Shown here: positions 16,115 to 24,138 of the stretch, in pieces | How the letters are laid out: every line of letters begins with the position of its first letter | Position numbering within the stretch: position 1 is the stretch's first letter | IMG/VR virus record: IMGVR_UViG_3300025277_000150 | Location: 1-24,138 of that record | DNA: 24,138 bases | DNA from: a virus | Lineage: Duplodnaviria > Caudoviricetes | Strand: one strand, 5' to 3' | Program-made: the position numbers and the translations under genes | The notes under the pieces: model-generated | Told to the model about the DNA's origin: nothing | Seen by the model: the letters and a program-made list of their open reading frames with translations, nothing else | Databases searched by the model: none

Positions 16115-16793
16115 AGTTCTTATTATAGGTGATACTCATTGCCCTGCTATGAAGAAGGGTTATGTTGATTTCCTTAATGACATGAAGAATCTATGGAACA
16201 CAGATAAAACCGTACACATCGGAGATGTGGTTGATTGGGCAAGCATTAGCTTCCACGAAAAGCTCCCAGAGTTTCCTTCACCACATGATGAGTTCCATAA
16301 AGCTATGGAACAAGTACAACTATTATACAAAGCATTCCCGAAAGTTACAGTGTTGACTGGTAATCACGATGACCTACCAAAGAGAAAGATTAGTACTCTG
16401 ACTTTACCAACTCAATGTATTAAAGAATATTCTAACCTTTGGAATACTCCTAAGTGGGAGTGGAAGCCAAGGTTTTCTAGGATTAGTATTGATGGAGTAG
16501 CGTACAGTCATGGTGACAGCGGTAAGGGAGGTAAGTTTTCCTCCTTGAATAATGCACATGATAATTTCTGTTCTTGGGTTCAAGGACACCAGCACTCTAT
16601 TGCTGGAGTAAACTATTATGCCAACCTAACCAAAAGAATTTTTGCGCTTTCTACTGGATGTGGGGTTGACCACGAAAATCTTAGTATGTATTATGGTAAG
16701 AGATTCAACTCCAAGCCCATCGTGGGATGTGGAATTGTGTTGGATGGAGAGCATGGATTCTTTGAGCCTATGCCCTTTGAAGATTACGAATAG
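16107..16793 (+). CDS. Calcineurin-like metallophosphoesterase
   Basis: GDTH, GDVVD, GNHD, SHG and GHQH motifs. Confidence 0.9.
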   Translation: MSRVLIIGDTHCPAMKKGYVDFLNDMKNLWNTDKTVHIGDVVDWASISFHEKLPEFPSPHDEFHKAMEQVQLLYKAFPKVTVLTGNHDDLPKRKISTLTLPTQCIKEYSNLWNTPKWEWKPRFSRISIDGVAYSHGDSGKGGKFSSLNNAHDNFCSWVQGHQHSIAGVNYYANLTKRIFALSTGCGVDHENLSMYYGKRFNSKPIVGCGIVLDGEHGFFEPMPFEDYE

Positions 16794-16813
16794 TTGGGTA
16801 ATGGAGTAACACT
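16789..16813 (+). promoter_or_regulatory. Putative phage RNAP promoter, variant A
   Basis: AATAGTTGGGTAATGGAGTAACACT; at a gene boundary upstream of the SSB/replication genes. Confidence 0.75.
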
Positions 16814-16848
16814 TCATACTCACTAGATAAAAAAGAAAGGAGAAACCG

Positions 16849-17088
16849 TTGGACACAAAAACCCTCAAGAACGAGTACCGAGATGGACTCGAAAAGGAAG
16901 AAGTAATGGCAGAGAAACCAGCTGTTGAAGTTGAAAATGTTGTACGATATCTTAATGATGTTGCCGCAGCCCTAAGCCATGTTGTTAGCGGTGTTCAAAA
17001 GACAATCAGTCAATTGAATCACCAAGTATACACAATTAAACCAAATAATGAAATCACAGATCAAGAAGGAGAAAATAATGATGACTAA
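16849..17088 (+). CDS. Hypothetical coiled-coil protein (79 aa)
   Basis: AAGGAG RBS, TTG start. Confidence 0.6.
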   Translation: MDTKTLKNEYRDGLEKEEVMAEKPAVEVENVVRYLNDVAAALSHVVSGVQKTISQLNHQVYTIKPNNEITDQEGENNDD

Positions 17089-17599
17089 GATTTCCCAACT
17101 ATACACTGATACTTTAGACGTACAGTGGGCGCACCTACACAAGCCAGACACTAAGTTTGGTAACCCCGGCAATCATAATATTACCGTGGTTGTTGATGAG
17201 GTACTTCAAACTAACCTTGATAATCTCATGAAAGAGACAGGTGCTAAGAAGATTAATGGTATGCGAGAAGTTGAAGGTGTAACAACCATCAAGATCAAGT
17301 CCACCATTTATACTAAAGATGGTACAAATACTTTCCCTTGTAAAGATGCAGCTGCTGAAGATACAGAAGCCGTACCTTTTGGCGGTGACAAAGTTCGTCT
17401 CCGTCTCGCCCCGATGGTAATTTCAAGGGACAATTCACTTAGTTTGTTTCTCAATGGTTGTCAGATCATAGAGAAGAACGAACAATCGAACACTGGAGGC
17501 TTCACTCCAACCGATGGATACGATGGCTCAGACTACAAAGCACCTGTAGCTACAACTCCTGAGGTTCCTGAAGTTTCCGATGACGATGTTCCATTCTGA
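17078..17599 (+). CDS. Single-stranded DNA-binding protein, T7 gp2.5-like
   Basis: WAHL.KPDTKF start, L.LNG.QIIE, acidic tail ending DDDVPF; position before resolvase and primase; AAGGAG RBS. Confidence 0.85.
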   Translation: MMTKISQLYTDTLDVQWAHLHKPDTKFGNPGNHNITVVVDEVLQTNLDNLMKETGAKKINGMREVEGVTTIKIKSTIYTKDGTNTFPCKDAAAEDTEAVPFGGDKVRLRLAPMVISRDNSLSLFLNGCQIIEKNEQSNTGGFTPTDGYDGSDYKAPVATTPEVPEVSDDDVPF

Positions 17600-17979
17600 T
17601 GGAACTTGAATGGACTTTTCCTATTAGTCCAGTCGCTGCAAGTAGGCCCCGTGTCTCAAGATACGGGGCTTACTTCACTGGACCCTATAAAAAATTCAGG
17701 GAAGAAGGTTCACAAGTTATATATGAAGTGTTAGGTGCAGACTTTGATTTAATTGATCAACCTCTCATGGTAGATTTAGAATGCTATATAAAACAACCTA
17801 AATCTACAAAGCTAGATTGTCCCAAGGGAGACATAGATAATTTTATCAAAGGAATTTTTGACCTATTAAATGGTAAGCTATGGACAGATGATGGTATAAT
17901 CCGTTCTGTCCATGCTACCAAAGAATGGGCTCCCAAAGGAGAAGATGGTTATTTCACGCTAGGAATTAGAAATGTATGA
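17599..17979 (+). CDS. rusA: RusA-family Holliday junction resolvase
   Basis: RPR, KGDIDNFIK..FDLLNG.LW.DD signature. Confidence 0.85.
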   Translation: MELEWTFPISPVAASRPRVSRYGAYFTGPYKKFREEGSQVIYEVLGADFDLIDQPLMVDLECYIKQPKSTKLDCPKGDIDNFIKGIFDLLNGKLWTDDGIIRSVHATKEWAPKGEDGYFTLGIRNV

Positions 17980-18328
17980 CAATGCTTTTAAAGTTTATAT
18001 CGCAGGACCAATGAGCGGTATGCCAATGCTTAATCAAAATGCTTTTCATGAAGCAGAAAAAAATCTTAAGAGATCTAATTTATTTAGAGAAATTATAAAC
18101 CCAGCTAAGCTGGACACAAGTCAAGACATAGAAGAGCAAGAGCAACATGCATTAACGGATAAAGAATATAGAAAGAATGCAATCGCCAGAGACTTAAGTC
18201 TTCTTGTAGAATGTGATTCAATCTATATGCTTTCTGGCTGGGAGAATAGTAAGGGTGCTCAAGTAGAACATGCCTTGGCTAACTACTTGGGTCTTACTAT
18301 TTTCTACCAAAGTAAGGCTACTATATAA
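17972..18328 (+). CDS. DUF4406-like (N-deoxyribosyltransferase-fold) protein
   Basis: VYIAGPMSG, INPA, CDSIYMLSGWENSKGAQVE motifs. Confidence 0.8.
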   Translation: MYDNAFKVYIAGPMSGMPMLNQNAFHEAEKNLKRSNLFREIINPAKLDTSQDIEEQEQHALTDKEYRKNAIARDLSLLVECDSIYMLSGWENSKGAQVEHALANYLGLTIFYQSKATI

Positions 18329-18349
18329 GGAGAAGGAGAATATTATATA

Positions 18350-18691
18350 ATGGGTGAAATAAGATCTAATGTAAATGAGTGGAGTAGAGAAAAAAAAGTC
18401 AAAGATATAATGAAAAGAAGAGAAAGAGTGGGAGGAGTTAAGAAATGGAAAAAAGAAAACATGCAAGTAAAGAACGACAGCTTCATGACTCCCTCGGAAC
18501 AGAAGAATAAAAAATCATGGATGCCTCATATAGAAAAAGGATCACTGGCAGAAAATGGTAAGGGAGATTATAGAAGACCTCCAGCAATTACTAAAGAAGA
18601 ATTAGGTAATAGATATGATTTAGCATTTGGTAAAATAACTGAAAAGGAGTTTAAGAAGCGTGAACGCACAAGAAGAAAGTCAAGTAGTTGA
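18350..18691 (+). CDS. Basic hypothetical protein
   Basis: AAGGAG RBS; GKGD.RRP motif; overlaps the primase start. Confidence 0.55.
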   Translation: MGEIRSNVNEWSREKKVKDIMKRRERVGGVKKWKKENMQVKNDSFMTPSEQKNKKSWMPHIEKGSLAENGKGDYRRPPAITKEELGNRYDLAFGKITEKEFKKRERTRRKSSS

Positions 18692-20387
18692 CAGAGAACC
18701 CTGTCCATCATGTAGGAACAAGGGTAATGATAATTCAGGAGATAATTTAATAAGATACTCAGATGGTCATGGCTATTGCTTTGCCTGTGAGTACTTTGAA
18801 AAAGGAGATGGAATGACATACCAAACTACTATACCTACTAGCTTAAGTCTATCTCCAATCAATGGGGAGTGTGTTGGAAAACCTGATCGTCTTATTGAAA
18901 TGAAGACTACCAAGCTGTATGGATATCAAACCGCAAGAGTTAATGGAAAGAATGTTGACATCGCTAATTATTATCTTAGCAGCGGAGAGCTTATTGCTCA
19001 GCATCTAAGATCTGAAACTAAACAATTCCATTGGCGTGGAGATACAAGCAACCTACCTCTGTGGGGTCAACACCTATGGAGTGGCAGCGGAAAGAAAAAT
19101 AAACGATTGATTATTACAGAGGGCGAAATTGATTGTATGACATGTAATCAATTGCTTCAAGGAAAATGGCCTGTGGTTTCTTTACCAAACGGTGTAGCTT
19201 CAGCGGTGAAATCAATCAAACAAAACCTAGAATTTGTCACAAGCTACAACGAGATCGTACTATGCTTTGATCAAGACGAGGCTGGTCGTGCTGCTATGGC
19301 TAGGGTTGCTGAGATTCTACCTCCGGGCAAGTGCCACATTGCATCCCTACCATATAAGGATGCCAACGAATGCTTGATGAAGAATACTGGCAAAGAAGTT
19401 ATCAATGCGTTGTGGCAAGCACAAGTGTATGCGCCTGATGAAATAATACATGTTAAAGATATTGTTAATAACCTAGAAAATATGGAGCCTAAAGTATATG
19501 GATTCCCTTTTGATACGCTTACTGAATTCCTTGTCGGTCAACGATCAGGTGAAATTACTTTATGGTGTTCTGGAACAGGATCCGGAAAGACCACAATCCT
19601 CAAAGAAATGGTCATGCACCATCTTGAAGAAGGTCGTAGTGTCGGTGCTATTATGCTTGAAGAATCTCCGCAGGAGATCTTAGATGATATGATTTCTATC
19701 ATGATCAACAGACCAGTTCGTGCGCTTAAGGCAGCAAAGACTATGAATGATCTTCGTATTAAACTAGGAAAACCTCCTATTGATATGAGTATTGTCAGTG
19801 ACTTTACTGATGAAATGTATAACGATGCAAAGGAAAGGCTTAATCAAACCAACCTGTATATATACGATCACCTTGGTCACAGTGGTTTGAATAATCTCTT
19901 CGCTCGTATGGAATACATGGCAGTATCTTTAGGAGTTGAAGTAATTATACTCGATCATATTACCGCAGCTGCTGTTGGTCTGGCTATGGTAGAGGACAAG
20001 TTTGACTCTGAAAGAATGGTCATTGATAATCTTATGAAAGAAATGAGAAACCTTGTCTCCCGTACTGGAGTACGGATTGATGTGGTATCTCAACTTAAGA
20101 AGACCAACAAAGCATACGAAGAAGGAGATAGAATTACTCTTCAAGATCTTCGAGGCTCTGGATCCTTAGGTTCAGTTCCCAATACCGTGATAGCATTGGA
20201 ACGAGATCGACAGAATTCTGATGATCGTCTTGCTAATACTACAACAGTTAGAGTTCTAAAGAATAGACTGACTGGTAGAGCTGGTGTTGCTTCTGCTCTA
20301 TACTATGACAGAGGCACAGGTAGGCTTCGTGAAATTGTTTTTGCCCTTGACGATACTGGACAGATTATGCTTGGAAATGACGAATGA
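18660..20387 (+). CDS. DNA primase-helicase, T7 gp4-like
   Basis: Zn-binding CPSC...CFAC, TOPRIM ITEGEID and FDQDEAG, Walker A GTGSGKTT, LDHIT, DLRGSG, LKNR.TG. Confidence 0.96.
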   Translation: MNAQEESQVVDREPCPSCRNKGNDNSGDNLIRYSDGHGYCFACEYFEKGDGMTYQTTIPTSLSLSPINGECVGKPDRLIEMKTTKLYGYQTARVNGKNVDIANYYLSSGELIAQHLRSETKQFHWRGDTSNLPLWGQHLWSGSGKKNKRLIITEGEIDCMTCNQLLQGKWPVVSLPNGVASAVKSIKQNLEFVTSYNEIVLCFDQDEAGRAAMARVAEILPPGKCHIASLPYKDANECLMKNTGKEVINALWQAQVYAPDEIIHVKDIVNNLENMEPKVYGFPFDTLTEFLVGQRSGEITLWCSGTGSGKTTILKEMVMHHLEEGRSVGAIMLEESPQEILDDMISIMINRPVRALKAAKTMNDLRIKLGKPPIDMSIVSDFTDEMYNDAKERLNQTNLYIYDHLGHSGLNNLFARMEYMAVSLGVEVIILDHITAAAVGLAMVEDKFDSERMVIDNLMKEMRNLVSRTGVRIDVVSQLKKTNKAYEEGDRITLQDLRGSGSLGSVPNTVIALERDRQNSDDRLANTTTVRVLKNRLTGRAGVASALYYDRGTGRLREIVFALDDTGQIMLGNDE

Positions 20388-20390
20388 GTA

Positions 20391-20419
20391 TTGACTGGAA
20401 AGAAGTTGTGTGGTATAAT
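20391..20419 (+). promoter_or_regulatory. Host sigma70-type promoter upstream of the DNA polymerase
   Basis: TTGACT (20391-20396), 17 nt, TATAAT (20414-20419), with TG extension. Confidence 0.8.
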
Positions 20420-20462
20420 AAGTATTGGAGTAGTCTTCAAGATCAGGACGAAGGAGATGATA

Positions 20463-22148
20463 ATGAAATTAGTATTCGATATAGAAGCGAATGGACTGAA
20501 CGAATTGATACTAGACAGGAAGGGGAACGCGATACCCTCTGGAACTAAAGTCTGGTGTCTCGTTGCAAGAGATGTTGAAACAGATAAAACATATACTTAT
20601 GGACCCGATGAAATTTCTAAGGGTATTCAGTTATTACGTGACGCTGAGCTTATTATTGGGCATAATATTATTATGTTTGATAAACCTATGCTTGAGCGTT
20701 ATTATGGTCCCATTAATACCCCTACTTTTGATACTCTGGTTGTAAGTCGTATGATGTATCCAGAGAAATCTAATCACCCACTTGGAGGAAACTCCTTGGA
20801 GTGTTGGGGTCGAGAGGTTGGAGTTGAGAAACTAAACTATCAACATGGATGGGATGTGTTTACTCAAGAGATGATGGATTATTGTATACAAGATGTTAAA
20901 GTAAATGTTAAAGTTTATAAAGCTCAGCAAGAATTTGCTAATAAATATCCCAAGCCTGTTTGGCTTGAGCATAATGTAACTGATATAATTAGCGAACAAA
21001 CTATCAATGGTATTGGTTTTAATCTTGAAGCTGCTGAACAATTGGAGTTTGATTTACTCATTGAGAAATCTTCAGTTGAAGATAGTATGAGAGAGATCTT
21101 TCCAACCAAAGTAGAAGAACGACATTCTGAAAAGACTGGTAAGAGATTAAAGGATAAAATAACTATCTTTAATCCCGGCTCTAGAAAACAAATTGCAGAA
21201 AGATTGTCTGAGAAATATAATTGGAAACCACCTCAAACTGAAAAGGGAAATCCTAAAGTAGATGAATCAGTACTTAAGAAGTTAAAATATCCTGAAGCTA
21301 CTATGCTTGTAGATTATTTTAATAACACTAAACTTATGGGTCAGGTATCTGACTGGGTTAAGAGATCGGAACATAGCCGAGATGGTAGGATTCATGGTTC
21401 TATTAATCCACAAGGTACAGTCACAGGTCGGATGACCGCAAGCCAACCCAATCTTCAACAGGTAAGTGGAGACAAGCGAGCGAGAAGATTGTTTGTTCCT
21501 AGAAAAGGATGGGTTATGCTAGGAGCTGATGCTTCTGGACTTGAAGCTAGAATGTTAGCGACTCACATGATGAAGTATGATGATGGAGCATATGCAAATG
21601 TTCTTCTTAATGATGATATACACTCTGTAAATCAAAAAGCTGCGGGTCTTCCTTCGAGAGACACCGCAAAAACTTTCTTCTATGGATTAATATATGGTGC
21701 GGGTGATGCAAAGATTGGTAAGATTGTTAATCAATCATCACACGTAGGAAGAAAACTTAAGGAATCCTACTTTGCTAAGATTCCTGCTATTAAGAAAGTT
21801 ATTGATGATGTTAAGTTTCAAGTAGCCAAGAAGGGTACTATTACTTTATTAGATGGTAGAGAAGTTCCTTGTAGATCAGAGCATAGTTCACTCAATGTTC
21901 AGCTTCAAGGTGACGGTGCAATTGTTATGAAGCTTGCACAAGTTTTACTCCGAAAGAAAATGGGAACCAATCCCGCTAAATTTATGGCAACTGTCCATGA
22001 TGAGTGGCAAATGGAATGCTATCCTGACATGGCTGACAAGCTAGGTCAGTGGGCTGTAGATTCTATTCGTGAAGCCGGAGAAAAACTAGGATGTATGCAG
22101 CTTGATGGTGAATATCGTATAGGTAAAGATTGGAGCGAAACACATTGA
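20463..22148 (+). CDS. Family A DNA polymerase with 3'-5' exonuclease, T7 gp5-like (about 561 aa)
   Basis: Exo FDIEANG, GHNIIMFD, YCIQDV; TGRM, motif A DASGLEAR, motif B RDTAKTFFYGLIYG, motif C VHDE; AAGGAG RBS before ATG 20463. Confidence 0.96.
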   Translation: MKLVFDIEANGLNELILDRKGNAIPSGTKVWCLVARDVETDKTYTYGPDEISKGIQLLRDAELIIGHNIIMFDKPMLERYYGPINTPTFDTLVVSRMMYPEKSNHPLGGNSLECWGREVGVEKLNYQHGWDVFTQEMMDYCIQDVKVNVKVYKAQQEFANKYPKPVWLEHNVTDIISEQTINGIGFNLEAAEQLEFDLLIEKSSVEDSMREIFPTKVEERHSEKTGKRLKDKITIFNPGSRKQIAERLSEKYNWKPPQTEKGNPKVDESVLKKLKYPEATMLVDYFNNTKLMGQVSDWVKRSEHSRDGRIHGSINPQGTVTGRMTASQPNLQQVSGDKRARRLFVPRKGWVMLGADASGLEARMLATHMMKYDDGAYANVLLNDDIHSVNQKAAGLPSRDTAKTFFYGLIYGAGDAKIGKIVNQSSHVGRKLKESYFAKIPAIKKVIDDVKFQVAKKGTITLLDGREVPCRSEHSSLNVQLQGDGAIVMKLAQVLLRKKMGTNPAKFMATVHDEWQMECYPDMADKLGQWAVDSIREAGEKLGCMQLDGEYRIGKDWSETH

Positions 22149-22654
22149 TTGAAATATATATTTTATTTAGTGAACTCAAAGCACCTTGGGGAAAGGTTGT
22201 TAATATCCTAACAGGCTCTAAAATTAATCACGCTTCTTTAGTTGTTCGTGAAAAAGGTATAGATAATTTAAGAAATATCTTTGCTTTACATTGTGATATA
22301 ACAATAGGATGTCGATGGGTTTCTTTTGAAACTATGAATAAGATTACTAATCCCATAGACATTTTATATTTTGGGGATGTAAATCCCCCTAGTATGCTCT
22401 TTGAAAACATAGAAACATATGATATGAATCCTTGGATAATGACTAGATATTGGTTAACAAAAGGATTTAAGAAACAAGAACTTCCTAATTGTTGTACACA
22501 ACCAATCATTAGTTGGTTAAATTACTTTAGAAATTCAGAAGTCTATTCTAAAGAAGATAATTATAGTCCTATAGAGCTTTGGAAAACACTTAAGACAAGG
22601 TGTCCTAGAAAACAAAGTGTTATGGAGAAGTGGAAATGCAAATCATTACTATAA
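22130..22654 (+). CDS. Hypothetical protein, possibly permuted papain-like (His...Cys) hydrolase
   Basis: SKINHASL...YD...PNCC arrangement; weak resemblance only; start uncertain. Confidence 0.4.
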   Translation: MERNTLIEIYILFSELKAPWGKVVNILTGSKINHASLVVREKGIDNLRNIFALHCDITIGCRWVSFETMNKITNPIDILYFGDVNPPSMLFENIETYDMNPWIMTRYWLTKGFKKQELPNCCTQPIISWLNYFRNSEVYSKEDNYSPIELWKTLKTRCPRKQSVMEKWKCKSLL

Positions 22655-23352
22655 GTGGTCAGGCTAGGGTTGGAAAAACAACTACGGCTAAGATAATAGC
22701 AGAGCAAGCGTTTAGACTTGGTTTTATACCAATGTTTCTACCGTTTGCTAAGCCAATCAAAGACCTAGCAGAATCTGAGGGAATTAACAAAGACGATTCT
22801 CCTGAAGAATATAGGGAGTACTGTCAAAATATTGGTAAGGCAATGAGAGATAAGGATATAAATCATTGGATTAAATCTTGGGCAAAAGACCTACAAAAAA
22901 TAAAACAATCTGAGTTTAAGGATTTAGAAAATGAGAAAAAATATTGGGAAAGAGTTATCATCTCAGATGATTGTAGATATCTTAATGAATTATCCAGAAC
23001 TAGGAAACTCGGTGCATCCCAAATATTTATTACTGCGGGAAAGAGGTCGTTACCTGAGGCAAATGCAACATGGCGTAGCCACGAATCCGAACAGCTGTCA
23101 ATATCAAAAGATATGGGTCATCCTGATTATCAAGACTTATTTACAACTATTATTGTTAATGAGAATACAAAAGAAAATCTGGAATCTATAGTATCAAGAC
23201 GTATTAGGATGTGGCTTGGTCTTGAGATACATGATAAAGTATGTCTATGTGAGCTATGTAAAGCTCGTAGAGAAGATAGATTACCTGATATTGATGTTGT
23301 TATTGATGACTTAATAGATAGATTGTTTGGAGATTTTAATGAAGAAACCTAA
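22630..23352 (+). CDS. Deoxynucleoside-monophosphate kinase-like P-loop kinase
   Basis: ISGQARVGKTT, FAKPIKD, ISDDCRYLNE, HESE motifs. Confidence 0.8.
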   Translation: MEMQIITISGQARVGKTTTAKIIAEQAFRLGFIPMFLPFAKPIKDLAESEGINKDDSPEEYREYCQNIGKAMRDKDINHWIKSWAKDLQKIKQSEFKDLENEKKYWERVIISDDCRYLNELSRTRKLGASQIFITAGKRSLPEANATWRSHESEQLSISKDMGHPDYQDLFTTIIVNENTKENLESIVSRRIRMWLGLEIHDKVCLCELCKARREDRLPDIDVVIDDLIDRLFGDFNEET

Positions 23353-24100
23353 ACTTGCTGTTATTGATGGCGATATACTTGCCTACAAAGCCTCGTTCTG
23401 GGCTGATGTAGAGGGGATAGATTGTTTAGAAGACAGACTGGCTGTTGATTTAGAGAACTGGACTCCAGAAGGAGTCACAAAAACAATCGTTGCTTTATCT
23501 TGTCCTCGAAGTAAAAACTTTAGACGGGATATTTGGCCTCGATATAAGGCTCATAGAGACGGAACTGCCCAACCAGATAGTCTTGACTATGCTATTGAGA
23601 TTTTATATGACAATGCTGATACAAGGTGTATTGATAAGTTGGAAGCCGATGATCTTATGGGACTAGCCTCCAGTAAGGGGGCTGCTATCTCCGTAACTAT
23701 TGATAAGGACTTGAGATCTGTACCCGGATGGCACTGGAATCCTGATAAGGAGGAGGATAGTGTGTTCATTACAGAGGAAGAGGCAGATAAATTCTTCTTC
23801 AAGCAATGGATTATGGGAGATTCTACTGATGGAATTCCCGGTCTATGGAGGGTAGGTCCTAAGAAAGCTGAGAAGTTTCTGAATAGCTGGGCTAAGGAGT
23901 CTTGGGTTGATGAGATCTTTAATTTATATGAGAATGAAGATAGACCTAATCAATCTGACTATGGAGATATGACAAGAAAAGAGTTTGCTTTATCAATGGC
24001 TAGGTGTGTACGAATCTTAAGGGAGGGTGAATATACTAAGTCTACAAGGAGCATTAATTTATGGGAACCGAATAATTGGGTAAAGGAGATACAGCCTTGA
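23339..24100 (+). CDS. 5'-3' exonuclease, T7 gp6-like
   Basis: IDGDILAY, YKAHR, LEADD, IDKDL, GDSTDGIPG..VGPKKA (H3TH). Confidence 0.92.
   Translation: MKKPKLAVIDGDILAYKASFWADVEGIDCLEDRLAVDLENWTPEGVTKTIVALSCPRSKNFRRDIWPRYKAHRDGTAQPDSLDYAIEILYDNADTRCIDKLEADDLMGLASSKGAAISVTIDKDLRSVPGWHWNPDKEEDSVFITEEEADKFFFKQWIMGDSTDGIPGLWRVGPKKAEKFLNSWAKESWVDEIFNLYENEDRPNQSDYGDMTRKEFALSMARCVRILREGEYTKSTRSINLWEPNNWVKEIQP
24070..24089 (+). promoter_or_regulatory. Putative phage RNAP promoter, variant B (also contains the RBS of the next gene)
   Basis: Exact 20-bp match to 3694-3713. Confidence 0.6.
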
Positions 24101-24138
24101 GCAAGTTATTTGAAGATTTTATAGCAACAAGTAAATAC
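24097..24138 (+). CDS. 5' end of the next gene (MSKLFEDFIATSKY...), possibly a class II ribonucleotide reductase
   Basis: AAGGAG plus TTG start; F.F...SKY resembles NrdJ N-termini, but only 14 codons are visible. Confidence 0.3.
   Translation, partial: MSKLFEDFIATSKY

Noticed and set aside
2059-23802. All minus-strand ORFs and nested alternate-frame ORFs in the track (e.g. 6655-7098, 12263-12706, 19498-19683, 22931-23191)
   Set aside because: They are mostly shadows of well-supported + strand genes and show no recognisable motifs.

Overview
This window is a segment of a T7-like (Autographiviridae-type) phage genome, with essentially all genes on the + strand. It opens with the 3' part of a very large, probably virion-associated gene (open from base 1 to 3699). 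Next comes an AT-rich, CTAGG-repeat region that looks like the genome-end junction. An early region follows (about 3.9-12.9 kb), with many small ORFs, host sigma70-type promoters, DUF1281- and DUF932-like genes and several highly structured non-coding stretches. The rest is a replication cluster: metallophosphoesterase, gp2.5-like SSB, RusA, DUF4406-like protein, gp4-like primase-helicase, family A DNA polymerase, dNMP kinase-like protein and gp6-like exonuclease. The main observation is TWO single-subunit RNA polymerase genes. One is compact and highly divergent (about 597 aa, 5446-7239), with intact catalytic motifs but a much shorter N-terminal domain. The other is canonical (about 815 aa, 13039-15486) and sits after a strong hairpin terminator and directly behind a repeated phage-promoter-like motif, AATA(A/G)TTGGGTAA(T/A)GGAG, found four times in two variants. 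About 600 nt downstream of the divergent RNAP is a dense array of about 12 CTTCG/TTC-triloop mini-hairpins, which read as C-GAA-G loops on the template strand and recall N4-type hairpin promoters. Together these suggest a possible two-polymerase transcription cascade. That model is inference; no searches or folding computations were run.
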